Assembly: GCA_965203315.1 (NCBI GenBank)
Contig: OZ241857.1
Span: 384,001-448,000, forward strand
Length of the DNA: 64,000 bases
Direction of reading: 5' to 3'
From: Nitrosopumilus sp.
Lineage (GTDB): Archaea > Thermoproteota > Nitrososphaeria > Nitrososphaerales > Nitrosopumilaceae
Position numbers and translations under genes: made by a program. Positions 1 to 10,084 of this stretch are shown here, in pieces. The stretch's first letter is position 1, and each line of letters begins with the position of its first letter. The notes beneath the pieces were generated by a model. That model did not search any database, was not told the origin of the DNA, and saw only the letters and a list, made by a program, of their open reading frames with translations.

Positions 1-271
1 AAAATTCTCTAATCTCAGTCGAGTATGCTTCGATCAGGTTCACTATCTCCATATGCTCTTCAGGTGTTGGGTCTCGCTGGTATTTCATCTGGAATCCGCT
101 GAGTGCCGAACCCACCATCTCACCTACAAAGAATCCACATAAAAAGTCACCAGTGTTATCACAGTTCCATATCTCGCCGATTCGAGGAGATGCGCCAGCT
201 GTCTTGTATAGATCAAGTGTCTGTCGTACTAGATTGCTCGTCAGTTCTGCAAACTCGGTATCAAGGGTCAT
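1..271 (-). CDS. Hypothetical protein, 3' end runs off the window
   Basis: Manual translation from ATG at 271: MTLDTEFAELTSNLVRQTLDLYKTAGASPRIGEIW...; open to the window edge; starts 12 bp after the L6 stop. Confidence 0.7.
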   Translation of the reverse strand, partial: MTLDTEFAELTSNLVRQTLDLYKTAGASPRIGEIWNCDNTGDFLCGFFVGEMVGSALSGFQMKYQRDPTPEEHMEIVNLIEAYSTEIREF

Positions 272-283
272 TAGAAATTGTCT

Positions 284-832
284 CTATTCGATTCCCTTCT
301 TCTTTTCATAAGCATAAATGCCATCTAGAAATACTCTATGATCTTTACCTTTTACCTTGCTGCGTAGTTCGATATTTGCAGCTGTCTGCGTGATATCGGT
401 CCATACTTCTCCTGTAAGAATAACATCTTCGCCTTTTGGTACGACCTTTGTATTTCCGACGATGTACGTCGTTCTAGGGGCACGCTCTCCTTGAAAGTTC
501 TCGATTATGATCTTTTTACCATCTACTTTGACAGTTATAGGAAAGTGTGCAAAGACCACCTTCATCTTTATAGTGTATCCTGTTACTAGTCCTTCACAGA
601 TATTTCGTATTATAGAACGAGCTGTGTGGAGTATTGCATAGTCACGTTTTCGACGAGCTGTGCTCTCTAGTCGAATCTCAGAGTCTGTGATCTGTATATC
701 CACTGGGATCTTTTTAAAGTTCTTGTGAGTCTTTCCTAGCGGTCCTTCAAAGGTCAACATTCGTCTCTTCATGGATACTCGTACGCCGTCTGGTATTGCC
801 ACCTTGTCTTGAAACTTTAACTCAATAGACAT
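284..832 (-). CDS. rpl6: 50S ribosomal protein L6
   Basis: AHFPITV, ENFQGER, KDHRVFLDGIY motifs; operon position. Confidence 0.97.
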   Translation of the reverse strand: MSIELKFQDKVAIPDGVRVSMKRRMLTFEGPLGKTHKNFKKIPVDIQITDSEIRLESTARRKRDYAILHTARSIIRNICEGLVTGYTIKMKVVFAHFPITVKVDGKKIIIENFQGERAPRTTYIVGNTKVVPKGEDVILTGEVWTDITQTAANIELRSKVKGKDHRVFLDGIYAYEKKKGIE

Positions 833-1214
833 AGCCTATCAAAAATCCCCCTATTCCTCTCTGCACTGCATCATGGTGTGACATTACACCTTGATTGGTA
901 GTGACTAGTAACATTCCACGATTATATGCTGGCAGATACTGTTGCTCCCATCTATTAAACTCGTCTGTCTTTACTTTAAATCTAGGAGATATTGCACCAC
1001 ACTTTGTAATCTTTGCTAGTAGTTTGATCTTGAACTTGCCTCCGCGTTTATCATCTACGTGTTCAAACTCTCCGATATATCCGTCACGTTTTAGTGTCTC
1101 TAGTACATCGACCCCTAGCTTTGATGTGGGCAGTACAACACACTCTCTCTTACGTCTGGCTTCGTTGTTGTATAAAGTAACAAAGAGATTTGCTAATACA
1201 TTACTTGCTGGCAT
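822..1214 (-). CDS. rps8: 30S ribosomal protein S8
   Basis: KCGAISPRF, LLVTTNQGVMSH, GGFLIGYVY. Confidence 0.97.
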   Translation of the reverse strand: MPASNVLANLFVTLYNNEARRKRECVVLPTSKLGVDVLETLKRDGYIGEFEHVDDKRGGKFKIKLLAKITKCGAISPRFKVKTDEFNRWEQQYLPAYNRGMLLVTTNQGVMSHHDAVQRGIGGFLIGYVY

Positions 1215-1221
1215 TCACATA

Positions 1222-1401
1222 TCACCTATTCTTCCTAAATCCCAGCGATGTCGCTACCTCTCTAAAACATCTTCTACATATCATCAGATCATACTTTTGA
1301 ATCACTGCTGTATAATCGCCACAGCGTTTACACCATCTCGAACCACGACCAAAGTCGTGTTTCTTTCTTCCTGTAAACTCGTACTCTCTGTTTTTGGCCA
1401 T
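1222..1401 (-). CDS. rps14: 30S ribosomal protein S14, zinc-binding type (not in ORF track)
   Basis: Manual translation, 59 aa: MAKNREYEFTGRKKHDFGRGSRWCKRCG...ICRRCFREVATSLGFRKNR; two CxxC pairs; lies between L5 and S8. Confidence 0.95.
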   Translation of the reverse strand: MAKNREYEFTGRKKHDFGRGSRWCKRCGDYTAVIQKYDLMICRRCFREVATSLGFRKNR

Positions 1402-1923
1402 CTATTCTACCTCCACTCCGAACTCGCGTATTAGATAATCCTTTGCTTCTTGACTTGTAATTATATGTGATTTACCTACACTGGCTTTGTGTTTGCTACG
1501 AGTTCTAATGTTATAGCCTGGTCTAGATAGTGCTATCGATACTCCTAGACCGAGAATGCCTATCTGTGGATCATACTTTACGCCAGGAATGTCTATGTGT
1601 TCATGTATTCCAAATGAATAGTTGCCAAAGTTATCAAATGATCTACCTCTCACTTTGTTGCCTTTTGCTTCCAAGAGTCGCTTCAACAGTTCACGTGCAG
1701 CATCTCCACGTACTGTGACTGCAACTCCTATCGGTTCACCCTTGCGTACTCCCCAATCTCGTTGTGAATCTTTTGCGTTACGCTGACAGGGTGTCTTGCC
1801 AGATATCTGAGTTAATGCTTTCTTGGCGATGTTTATGGCATCACCTGATTTACCCACTCCCATATTGAGTACGACCTTTTCTAGTCTGATCTCTTTCATA
1901 CGTGACTCGGTTATCTGCGACAT
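1402..1923 (-). CDS. rpl5: 50S ribosomal protein L5
   Basis: KVVLNMGVG, SFDNFGNYSFGI, YDPQIGILG. Confidence 0.97.
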   Translation of the reverse strand: MSQITESRMKEIRLEKVVLNMGVGKSGDAINIAKKALTQISGKTPCQRNAKDSQRDWGVRKGEPIGVAVTVRGDAARELLKRLLEAKGNKVRGRSFDNFGNYSFGIHEHIDIPGVKYDPQIGILGLGVSIALSRPGYNIRTRSKHKASVGKSHIITSQEAKDYLIREFGVEVE

Positions 1924-1925
1924 GG

Positions 1926-2642
1926 TTATCTCAGCTGTATTGCTGCCTCCTCTTTTCCTATGGCCATTATAATGTCAGCCGGAATCTCGATCTCTCTGTC
2001 TTGTAGTTCTAGAATAACTCGCTTTGGCAGGATGAACGTACCTTCCTCTACCGATTTGATCTTACCTATCTGTCCAGCATTGATTCCTCGCGTTACCAAA
2101 CCTTGCTCACCTGTCGCCAATTTTATTACATCTAGTATCTTTTGTTCTGGAACCTCGATCAAACAAGTATCTCCGATATTGACAAGAGTGTCCGATAGTA
2201 TGGAGCGACCATCATGAAATCCGATCTGAGTCTTCCCGCCTCGTATAGTCGTCTTGCTTGTTACTCGAACCAGTTTTTTCGTCTTCTCGCTGTGTGGTAT
2301 TGATATCGGTCTTAGTATCTTGCCATCGATCGGAACCATTCTGTATATCTCGTTGACATTTTCTAGTTCGACCACATCCATCAATCCTATGGAGTGATGC
2401 AGTGATCTTCTCACAACGCCATCGACCTTTACTCGACCAGAGTATATTGCAGCCTTTGCTTCTCGCAGTGTGGTTACTATGTGCAACACATCTCTAAGAA
2501 ATACTGCACTAGGTACCGAGTAATGTTTTTTGTGTGGGCCTGGTCTCGTCGTTACTACAAAGCGTTTATCTTTTCTAGATATTCCCCAAAACAGGGGCGC
2601 CATCTGTCTCTTTAGTTTCTTACTTCCAGAGATACTTACCAT
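1926..2642 (-). CDS. rps4e: 30S ribosomal protein S4e
   Basis: LKRQMAP, PGPH, VKVDGVVR, FHDGR. Confidence 0.96.
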   Translation of the reverse strand: MVSISGSKKLKRQMAPLFWGISRKDKRFVVTTRPGPHKKHYSVPSAVFLRDVLHIVTTLREAKAAIYSGRVKVDGVVRRSLHHSIGLMDVVELENVNEIYRMVPIDGKILRPISIPHSEKTKKLVRVTSKTTIRGGKTQIGFHDGRSILSDTLVNIGDTCLIEVPEQKILDVIKLATGEQGLVTRGINAGQIGKIKSVEEGTFILPKRVILELQDREIEIPADIIMAIGKEEAAIQLR

Positions 2643-3433
2643 TATTTTTCTACACTCCTAGAATCTGCATCTTGTGTATTTTGTACACCTTGTACATCTT
2701 GGGTATTCTCTATATTGTCTAGTTTAGTATCATTGATCTCACTAGTCGTGTTTGTATCATCTGTATCGTCTATACTGTCTGTATCGTTTATATCGTCTGT
2801 CTCATCAATATACTTGATATCCGAGTCTTTTGTATCTCTATAATCTGTCACTTTTGTATCTACCTGCGTGTCAGGTTCGTCGAGTGCAGCAATATCTGCA
2901 TCAATACTCTCAATCTCTCTCGGTTCTTCTACACTCGTATCTACCTGCGAGTCGGATTCGTCGAGTGCAGCAATATCTGCATCAATACTCTCGATCTCTT
3001 TTGTACTGTCATATGTATCATCTAGGACCCAACTAGCTTCATCTGTCTTGCCTCTAGATGTCTTGATCTCCTTGTTGGTCTTTGGATTCTTTCCCTCTAG
3101 TCGAGATATTCTCCAGTCATCCTCTGTATCCAAAGATGTGACTATGACATTTGATGGATGAATCCATACGTCGATCTTGTCTCCTTTGGATTTCTCTTTC
3201 TTGATCCCCTCTATTGCAATACTGTTGTTTAATATAGAGACTTTGGAGACTTTACCATCTACGTCTTTGTATTCTCCTCGTTTAACGATCACGTGGTCTC
3301 CCTCGACTATTCGCACACTTCGTTTACCGTATCTCTTTTGGAGATCTTTGGATAAAGAACTAGCTAGTTGATTACTACGTGTATTGTATGTTGCTCGATA
3401 TATCATTGCGTTGCGCATCTTTGTTGGTTTCAT
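2642..3433 (-). CDS. rpl24: 50S ribosomal protein L24 with long acidic C-terminal extension
   Basis: KOW-type core ([26 protein letters not shown]); true start taken as ATG 3433 (MKPTKMRN), just after the L14 stop. Confidence 0.92.
   Translation of the reverse strand: MKPTKMRNAMIYRATYNTRSNQLASSLSKDLQKRYGKRSVRIVEGDHVIVKRGEYKDVDGKVSKVSILNNSIAIEGIKKEKSKGDKIDVWIHPSNVIVTSLDTEDDWRISRLEGKNPKTNKEIKTSRGKTDEASWVLDDTYDSTKEIESIDADIAALDESDSQVDTSVEEPREIESIDADIAALDEPDTQVDTKVTDYRDTKDSDIKYIDETDDINDTDSIDDTDDTNTTSEINDTKLDNIENTQDVQGVQNTQDADSRSVEK
2856..3000 (-). repeat. Two-copy coding repeat, 81-bp period, in the L24 tail
   Basis: [14 protein letters not shown](S/P)D(S/T)QVDT occurs twice, near-identical in DNA. 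Confidence 0.85.
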
Positions 3434-3437
3434 TGTA

Positions 3438-3860
3438 TCATACCACCATCGATGCCAGATTTGCAACTCTTGGCCACTTCTCTGAAGCCTCGGCCGCAAC
3501 CGGTCCCTTGATATCTGTTCCTTTAGTCTCCCCTTCAGGAGTAATGAGTACTGCAGCATTGTCCTCAAAGCAGACTCGAACACCATTCAATCTTCGTACT
3601 GCATACTTTTGTCGAACTATGACTGCACCATAGACCTGTTTTCGTAGTTCTGCAGGTCCCTTCTTTACCACAACATTACAATAGTCTCCAACGGCCGCTG
3701 CTGGAAGTCGAGATACACGTGTCTTGTGTCGGGGTACGTTTATGACTTGTAGGATCTTTGCACCCGAGTTGTCAGCACATACTATATTTGCTCCCACTGG
3801 AATCGAACGTGTAACATATGGACGAAACTCTTCTACGCCTTTGCCTGCTTGCTTGGCCAT
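3438..3860 (-). CDS. rpl14: 50S ribosomal protein L14
   Basis: [22 protein letters not shown]. Confidence 0.97.
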   Translation of the reverse strand: MAKQAGKGVEEFRPYVTRSIPVGANIVCADNSGAKILQVINVPRHKTRVSRLPAAAVGDYCNVVVKKGPAELRKQVYGAVIVRQKYAVRRLNGVRVCFEDNAAVLITPEGETKGTDIKGPVAAEASEKWPRVANLASMVV

Positions 3861-4181
3861 CTATCTTTTAACCTCCACAACAACATATGATATAGACTTG
3901 GATATTGGTCTACACTCGGCAGTCAAGACACGATCACCAACATCTACTTTTATGCACGCAGGTACATGTGCATGTATAGTACTCTTTCCTCGTGCATAAC
4001 GCTTAAACTTTGCAAAGTATATTGGAGCATCCTTTTGTAGTGTGATGGTCTGTTTTGCTTTGTTACCTGTGACCTTGCCGTCAAAGAGTTTGCCACGTAT
4101 CGAGACGTGTCCATGGAAAGGACATTTTTTATCATCACAGTCTTTGGTCGGTCTAGTGACGTCTATTCCTATGTCTCTCAT
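3861..4181 (-). CDS. rps17: 30S ribosomal protein S17
   Basis: CDDKKCPFHG, ECRPISKS. Confidence 0.96.
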   Translation of the reverse strand: MRDIGIDVTRPTKDCDDKKCPFHGHVSIRGKLFDGKVTGNKAKQTITLQKDAPIYFAKFKRYARGKSTIHAHVPACIKVDVGDRVLTAECRPISKSISYVVVEVKR

Positions 4182-4441
4182 CTTCTACCAATCCTGTCAA
4201 ATGGCCTCTTTTGAATTTTGACACCAGGTATTGTAACGTCTAGTGTGTCGTTTGTAAACTGTAAGGTGTTGATCGATTTTGGAATACATTTGCAACCCTG
4301 TGTTGTCTCTACTAGTATGGTATTCTTTGTCTCGTGTATGATCGAACCTGTCATGCCGACCATGTCCGAGTTTGTAGATTGCACGACGGTTACAACGAGA
4401 CCGATTAATTCGTGTTGGGTAATGTTGTCGGGTGTGATCAT
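4178..4441 (-). CDS. rnp1: Ribonuclease P protein component 1 (Rpp29/Pop4)
   Basis: HELIGL, ETKNT, KRPFDR; canonical position between L29 and S17. Confidence 0.92.
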   Translation of the reverse strand: MITPDNITQHELIGLVVTVVQSTNSDMVGMTGSIIHETKNTILVETTQGCKCIPKSINTLQFTNDTLDVTIPGVKIQKRPFDRIGRR

Positions 4442-4641
4442 TCTCGTCTCATCTCGTTTAATCGAGTCAACATTCGTGCAATGTCTCGTCTCGTTCGTTT
4501 TATCTTGCCGTTCTCTTTTCGCAGCGTTCCCTTTGCATCGTTGGCGCGAAGTTTTGCAAGCTCACTTCTATGATCTTGAATCTCATCTAGCAAGTCTTTC
4601 TCATTAAACTCGCGAATGGTCTTCATGGATAATCGGCTCAT
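4438..4641 (-). CDS. rpl29: 50S ribosomal protein L29
   Basis: [13 protein letters not shown]; operon position. Confidence 0.94.
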   Translation of the reverse strand: MSRLSMKTIREFNEKDLLDEIQDHRSELAKLRANDAKGTLRKENGKIKRTRRDIARMLTRLNEMRRE

Positions 4642-5390
4642 TTCAGTTTAGCCTCCTCCTCTTCGAGCGTCTCCAGATCTTTCATCCTCTCCTCTTCTAG
4701 TGCAATGATCTCAGACTCTGTTCTGGCCATCTTTTCCAATTCTGTCTCATCTCTCATCTTGCCCGTCTTTTTATCTTTCACCTGCTTTGGTTTCTTTGTC
4801 TTCACGGTCATCTCAAACTCTGGTACAAACTTTTCCTTTCTTGCTATGCGTATACGTACTCCGATCATGCCCATAGGTGTGTTGACGTGAGCAATATCTT
4901 CGTCTACTATTACTTCTGCATGATGTCCTGCACGTGGTAGAATCCCAGCTGTATGTTTCTCAAATGCTGAACGATCTCCCCGCAGCTTGCCAGATATTGT
5001 TATCTGAACGCCCATCGCACCACTCTCCATTATCTGTTTTATGGTCCACATGGTGGCTCGTCTAAAGGGGGTTCCTCGTTCAAGATGAGATGACATTCTG
5101 TTGCACATGACGCTGGGCGATAGTTCTGGTTTTGGGATCTCGTTTACTTTGATCTGTGTATTCTTTAACCCAAACTTTTTCTCCAACGTCTCGGTCAACT
5201 CACGGATTCCTGTTCCTTTTTTACCTATTACGATACCTGGTCTGGTTACGTGTAGTACTACTCTGGTTCCGGTAGGTGTCTTGGATATGTCTACCCCAGA
5301 GAAACCTGCCTCTTTGATCTTTTCGCGTAAATGTTCTCGTAGTAACATCATGCTATAGTTATCCTTGATCACGTTCTTTACTACTGCCAT
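4638..5390 (-). CDS. rps3: 30S ribosomal protein S3
   Basis: KH motif [10 protein letters not shown]; [13 protein letters not shown]. Confidence 0.97.
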   Translation of the reverse strand: MAVVKNVIKDNYSMMLLREHLREKIKEAGFSGVDISKTPTGTRVVLHVTRPGIVIGKKGTGIRELTETLEKKFGLKNTQIKVNEIPKPELSPSVMCNRMSSHLERGTPFRRATMWTIKQIMESGAMGVQITISGKLRGDRSAFEKHTAGILPRAGHHAEVIVDEDIAHVNTPMGMIGVRIRIARKEKFVPEFEMTVKTKKPKQVKDKKTGKMRDETELEKMARTESEIIALEEERMKDLETLEEEEAKLK

Positions 5391-5849
5391 CTAGACTTCC
5401 CTCGCTACCAACTCGACATGTGTCAATACATTGTTCTTTGGAGTCGCACGCCCAAAGGCACGTGGAATGAAACGCTTTATCTTTACTCCTTTATGTGTTG
5501 TTGCATTTATGATCCGTAGACGAAATGTATCCATGCCTTTATAATCTGCATTCGACTCTAGGCTATTCAATAATATTAGAAATTTTTTAGCAGCCTTTTG
5601 TGGATAACGTCCTGCCATTACACCTGGATCTGATCGATGTCCAACTTGGGTCTTGAACCTCTTGAATGGTACTGCACGCTCTTTTGCGATTATCGCTGAC
5701 ATGTAGTCTCGAGCTCTATCGAGTTCCATGCCTTTGATCGCATGTGCTATCTCACGAGCATGTTTGTGGGATATGTCTACTTCACGCATGGATGCACGGA
5801 CATGAATCGAAGAGTCAAAGTTTTGAAAAGAGTAGTCGTGCTTGCCCAT
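5391..5849 (-). CDS. rpl22: 50S ribosomal protein L22
   Basis: GRYPQKAA, PRAFGRA; ATG 5849 preferred, GTG 5858 possible. Confidence 0.96.
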   Translation of the reverse strand: MGKHDYSFQNFDSSIHVRASMREVDISHKHAREIAHAIKGMELDRARDYMSAIIAKERAVPFKRFKTQVGHRSDPGVMAGRYPQKAAKKFLILLNSLESNADYKGMDTFRLRIINATTHKGVKIKRFIPRAFGRATPKNNVLTHVELVAREV

Positions 5850-5854
5850 CTTTA

Positions 5855-6250
5855 TCACTTTAGCGGTACGTAGAGACTAGATCTTGACGCGCCTACACCA
5901 GGTGCACCATGTGAGACTCTCTTGTTTGTTATGACATATTCTCCAAGATAATGACCGATCATCTCTGTTTGTATAGTAACCGGGACAAACTCTTTTCCTG
6001 AAAAAACATTTACTGTAACTCCTACCATCTTGGGTAGAATTATTAGATCACGTACGTGTGTCTTTATTGGATTGGTACTCTTGCCTTCCTTTGCTGCTGC
6101 AATCTCTCCGATCAACTTTCGTTTACCATCGGTTATGCCACGAGTCAGTGAGCGACGCTGTCTAGAGTTGAGTATCTCAAAGAGGTTATCATACGACATC
6201 TTTTCCAAGTCTGCCAACGAGACCCCTCTATATGCAAAATCTTTGACCAA
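5855..6250 (-). CDS. rps19: 30S ribosomal protein S19
   Basis: KTHVRDLIILP, MIGHYLGEY, GASRSSLYVPLK; TTG start. Confidence 0.96.
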   Translation of the reverse strand: MVKDFAYRGVSLADLEKMSYDNLFEILNSRQRRSLTRGITDGKRKLIGEIAAAKEGKSTNPIKTHVRDLIILPKMVGVTVNVFSGKEFVPVTIQTEMIGHYLGEYVITNKRVSHGAPGVGASRSSLYVPLK

Positions 6251-6293
6251 CTAGAGAACAACCTCCATCTCTGTTAAAATTGTACAGTCCATA

Positions 6294-6557
6294 TTATATC
6301 ATTCCTATCTTTGTTGCGAGGTCTCGCGCCTTATCTGAGCTCTCAAACTTTGCAAAGGCCTTCTTGCCGTATATGGTTCTAGCAGTATTGATCTTGATAG
6401 TCTTTTGGTTGTATAGTGTTTGAATCGCTTGTGCAATCTCTGTCTTGCTTGCTTGACGCTTTACAATGAAACAGATTCTTCCCTCCTCGACTGCCGCAAA
6501 CGTCTTTTCTGTTACATGCGGGCTGATTATTATCTTTGATGCTTGATCTACATTCAT
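6294..6557 (-). CDS. rpl23: 50S ribosomal protein L23
   Basis: PHVTEK, INT, GKKAFAK. Confidence 0.95.
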   Translation of the reverse strand: MNVDQASKIIISPHVTEKTFAAVEEGRICFIVKRQASKTEIAQAIQTLYNQKTIKINTARTIYGKKAFAKFESSDKARDLATKIGMI

Positions 6558-7366
6558 TGTACCATCGCCATTACCTCTAGGTGTGTTGAACGAATCTCTG
6601 CAATATCTTTGATCGCCGACATCGAATATACTACAAGTCGTATAGGATCAGAGCCTGGTGCCAAATCCAACACACTCAGTTCTCTAGCTTTTTTGGCCTC
6701 GACTCCTGGTATCGTGCCTACAGCTTTAGCAATCTCTTTGGAGTCATGTACTACAAACAGAACACTCTTGCCAACCTTTTTTGTTCTGCCACGTAATCTT
6801 GACTGACCGGATCGTCGTTTTCTGGAATCGAGTCGTTGCAGATCTGGCAACAGACCAAGTGACGTGATGATTTGGATCAACTCTTTCGTCTTTGACACTC
6901 TCTCTATATCGTCTGAGACGATCAGGGGTAGTGCTTTTACTTGATCTAGCTTGTGTCCTCTAGACGCTACAATATCGCTAGACTTTGTAGCTGCAATTGC
7001 AGAACATAATGCCAAGATGCGCTCTTTCTTGTTTATCTTTTTGTGTATTACTTTATCTACTATTGGTGGGTGTGCTTGTCTACCGCCACGTGTAGATGCA
7101 ACCTCTGCTCCTTGACCTTGTCTACCGCCTCCGCCACCTAGTGCTCGTGCAACACGAGACTGTCCACGTCCAGTCGGTGGATCATTCGAGTCTGCAGAGA
7201 CATCCATACCAGCTGTTGGGTGTCGACCTTGTGGTTGAAATCGGTGTGAGTTCATGTTGGTGTACACCTTGTGGATCACATCTCGTCTAAAAGGCGTCTC
7301 AAATATTGGTGGTAATTCTATCTGATCTAGTTCTTGGCCTCGGAGATCAAATGTCGCAACTCTCAT
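6554..7366 (-). CDS. rpl4: 50S ribosomal protein L4
   Basis: TGRGQSRV, STRGGRQAHPP, LDLAPG. Confidence 0.96.
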   Translation of the reverse strand: MRVATFDLRGQELDQIELPPIFETPFRRDVIHKVYTNMNSHRFQPQGRHPTAGMDVSADSNDPPTGRGQSRVARALGGGGGRQGQGAEVASTRGGRQAHPPIVDKVIHKKINKKERILALCSAIAATKSSDIVASRGHKLDQVKALPLIVSDDIERVSKTKELIQIITSLGLLPDLQRLDSRKRRSGQSRLRGRTKKVGKSVLFVVHDSKEIAKAVGTIPGVEAKKARELSVLDLAPGSDPIRLVVYSMSAIKDIAEIRSTHLEVMAMVQ

Positions 7367-8355
7367 ACTATGACCTCCAATATGTTTGGTTTTGTGATCT
7401 TTGACGGAGCATTTCTTATCTGGCTACGTAACTTTATCAGTCGTTTGTATGTTCCTGGCACAGATCCCTTTAGTATGATATAGTCTCCATTTACAAGACC
7501 AAAGTGTTTGTATCCTCCTTTTGGATTTATCTCCATCTTGCTGTCTTGGGTATTTCCGATCAACATTATTCTCTTGTCATACTCGATTCGTTGATGGAAT
7601 CCCATCTGACCTGCTCGTGGTACAGTATACATTACATATTGTGGCGATATTGGTCCTAGCGAACCCAACTCACGTACAGTCTTTCTAGATTTGTGCTGCT
7701 TCTTTTTTGCGCCATACCTCTGGATGACACCTTGCCATCCCTTGCCTTTTGTGATTGCAGCAACGTCTACGCTCGCACCGGTCTCAAATATCTGATCAAT
7801 TCTGATCTCCTTTCCTAGTAAATCATGTACATGCGCAAACTGTTTTGGAATGTCTCCTCCACTGACTGCTGCCTCAAATACGTATGGCTTTTTCTGTTCT
7901 AGTCCTACTGCACTAGGAGATGTTGCGACTATGGCAAATATTGATACAATCTTTGACATGGATCTCTTTGCTGCATCTAGAGCTCCATCTCTATTCTTTA
8001 ACTTAAACTCTTTTGTAATGTGCTTTGGAATATCTTGGGCATACAGATCAAACTCGGCATGTAGCCCATCATGATCCTTAGAGTAACCACGTACACCTAC
8101 AACCAAGATCGGTGGAGTAACTATAACGGTTCCAAGACTTACGAGTTGCTTACCTGCATTTGGAGTCTTGTCTCGGTCATCTATGCTTACAATTTGGACA
8201 CAACCTGCCTTGAATCCACAGTGTGCTAGGATCTTTGGCTCGTCACTCGATATGGTTGGCCATGCACGTATTCTAGCCTCCATGCTCTTGGCTCTACCTC
8301 GTGGTAGATACGCAAGGCTACCTCTACGCGGTTGACTGTGTTTTCTTGCACCCAT
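7363..8355 (-). CDS. rpl3: 50S ribosomal protein L3
   Basis: PRRGSL, TKGKGWQG, AGQMGFHQR, KGSVPG. Confidence 0.97.
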   Translation of the reverse strand: MGARKHSQPRRGSLAYLPRGRAKSMEARIRAWPTISSDEPKILAHCGFKAGCVQIVSIDDRDKTPNAGKQLVSLGTVIVTPPILVVGVRGYSKDHDGLHAEFDLYAQDIPKHITKEFKLKNRDGALDAAKRSMSKIVSIFAIVATSPSAVGLEQKKPYVFEAAVSGGDIPKQFAHVHDLLGKEIRIDQIFETGASVDVAAITKGKGWQGVIQRYGAKKKQHKSRKTVRELGSLGPISPQYVMYTVPRAGQMGFHQRIEYDKRIMLIGNTQDSKMEINPKGGYKHFGLVNGDYIILKGSVPGTYKRLIKLRSQIRNAPSKITKPNILEVIV

Positions 8356-8639
8356 TGTTATGACGCGTCATTAGACTCGTTATATATAGTCATGGAATGT
8401 TTGGTTAATCTCTAAAAATTTGGAGGTTAACCAATATGTGAGATTGTGTGTTGGTGAGTGTTTTATCTTTTGACTGTGTTTCATACCACGATTAGGGGAT
8501 CTCTTCGATTTATGTGAGATGGAGTTTTACAGACTCGTCATTGCAAGACTTGAATTATTGAAACGAAATATTCAAACTTTGTATTAAAATGTTAGGTGAT
8601 TAGCCGACTGCGTCCCCTAAATAATAAGGGGGTCCTGAC

Positions 8640-8765
8640 ACCAGTGCAAATACTATCCTTGCAAGCATAACATAAACAGTAGCGAAAGGTAGTACCATGT
8701 ACACTGACAAGTGGGCAAGATACAACTCGTTGCTCATGCACGGTTACGAGCATCTAACCAAAAGA
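8640..8765 (+). pseudogene. Possible IS1595-family transposase relic
   Basis: Fragment VAKGSTMYTDKWARYNSLLMHGYEHLT resembles the IS1595 GS-x-YTD..W..Y..L..GY.H segment; preceded by an in-frame stop. Confidence 0.4.
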
Positions 8766-8836
8766 GCTATTTTTTGTACAAAAAGTGTTATCTAAGTTAT
8801 CTGCGAATATGTTTAAAGTCTTTAGGCATTCGGAAT

Positions 8837-9295
8837 TCAGAGTTGTACAAGAGTTAAAACCTCATCGGCCTGATCAAAGTCTTTGATCTTTTTATCTTCC
8901 AACATTAAGATCAATCCAATTAATCCTGTGTGTTTTATATCTCGTTTTGACGCTATCTTTCGTGCGTTTCCGTCATCCAGAATACAATACACATTATTCT
9001 TGTACCCGCCTAGTTTTTGATATGTCAAGATCACATCTATCTCACCATTTTTAAGAATTCGTACATCTCTTCGAAATTTATCGATCTCTGTTAGTGAATT
9101 GATTTCTAGTCGTTTGAGTTTACGTTCTTTGAGTAATTTTTGTACATTTATACGCGATGGTTTAGCCTCCAACTCTTTTTGAACATATTTTGGTACCACT
9201 AATTCATGTCCTAATTTTAAAATATCATCAAAGACATCTGGTCTATTGATCAGATCAAATATTCCAATCAATACAGACGCGTCTAGTATCTTCAT
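8837..9295 (-). CDS. PIN-domain protein (DUF3368-like), putative toxin
   Basis: ILDASVLI, GEIDVI, ILDDGNARKIA, HTGLIG acidic PIN pattern. Confidence 0.8.
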   Translation of the reverse strand: MKILDASVLIGIFDLINRPDVFDDILKLGHELVVPKYVQKELEAKPSRINVQKLLKERKLKRLEINSLTEIDKFRRDVRILKNGEIDVILTYQKLGGYKNNVYCILDDGNARKIASKRDIKHTGLIGLILMLEDKKIKDFDQADEVLTLVQL

Positions 9296-9906
9296 AACTC
9301 TAGTTTCAACAATCCTCTATCGCACAGCTTGTCGTGCATGTCATATACTGTTTCACCTAGTAGTTCTCCTCCTCGTCCGCCACTGATCTTTTCTTTTGCA
9401 ATCATTGAAAAAATATGCTCTTCGATATCTGGTTTGAGTTTTTCATATGTTGTAGAATTTTTGGTCATATCAGGATACTCGCAGTACATAAATGATAACA
9501 TCTCTGGAATGGTCAGATCATTTATGAGATTTTTGTGATTACTAAACACCCACGTCATATCAAAGTCCCATGCATTATGAATCTCTGGGAGTTTGCTTTT
9601 CTCTTCTGCAATGACTTTGGCATACTCTACATTGCCTTTGGTTAATTGAATGGTATCGTCTTTTTCTACCAGTATGTTCATGTGTACTAGGTGCTTCAAA
9701 GTATCCTCTAGAACAGTACTGTGTGGGCCATCATCTCTTATTGTAAAATCACACCACTCTTTGATCTCTGGATAGGAATCGCCCAGCATGTACATTAACA
9801 GATGTAGTTTCTGTCTACCGTGCATAGGTTCGTCATTCACATATACAAGCAAAAGTATGTACTTTTCGAGTTCACTGATCTCTAGAGTTGCAGTGTCTAT
9901 TGCCAT
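9292..9906 (-). CDS. Putative antitoxin: Panacea/DUF4065-like N-terminus with UPF0175-like C-terminus
   Basis: GRQKLHLLMYML and GPHS motifs; C-terminal KISGGRGGELLG; 4-bp overlap with the PIN gene. Confidence 0.6.
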   Translation of the reverse strand: MAIDTATLEISELEKYILLLVYVNDEPMHGRQKLHLLMYMLGDSYPEIKEWCDFTIRDDGPHSTVLEDTLKHLVHMNILVEKDDTIQLTKGNVEYAKVIAEEKSKLPEIHNAWDFDMTWVFSNHKNLINDLTIPEMLSFMYCEYPDMTKNSTTYEKLKPDIEEHIFSMIAKEKISGGRGGELLGETVYDMHDKLCDRGLLKLEL

Positions 9907-9966
9907 GCTTTTTTATCCCACTAACGACATAAAAACATTCTAGCATTGTACAGTCATGGTACCAGT

Positions 9967-10084
9967 GATTATTCGGTTTACGTGGGACAGAATTTTTTAC
10001 AGAAAAATTACTATGTGATTCTATAGTGAAAATTTAATAAAGACAGTCTTGTAAAATGTCATCCAGCATAAACCGGAGAGATCC
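9967..10084. mobile_element. About 118-bp MITE with IS6-type ends
   Basis: Imperfect TIRs TTCGGTTTACG ... CATAAACCGGAGAGATCC; ends resemble those of 43928-44039. Confidence 0.6.

Larger units (their letters stand above)
8497..10084. mobile_element. Non-autonomous IS6-ended cassette carrying a toxin-antitoxin pair
   Basis: Ends GGATCTCTTCGATTTATG and (reverse complement) GGATCTCTCCGGTTTATG resemble the IS6 TIR at 46005/47508; flanks CGATTAGG (8489-8496) and AGATTAGG (10085-10092) match at 7 of 8 bp. Confidence 0.65.

Noticed and set aside
3434-3586. N-terminal extension of L24 in the ORF track
   Set aside because: Overlaps rpl14 in another frame; ATG 3433 gives the expected start
5855-6557. 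Missing rpl2 between rpl23 and rps19, and operon ending after rpl6
   Set aside because: As I recall this arrangement is normal for Nitrosopumilaceae, so not unusual
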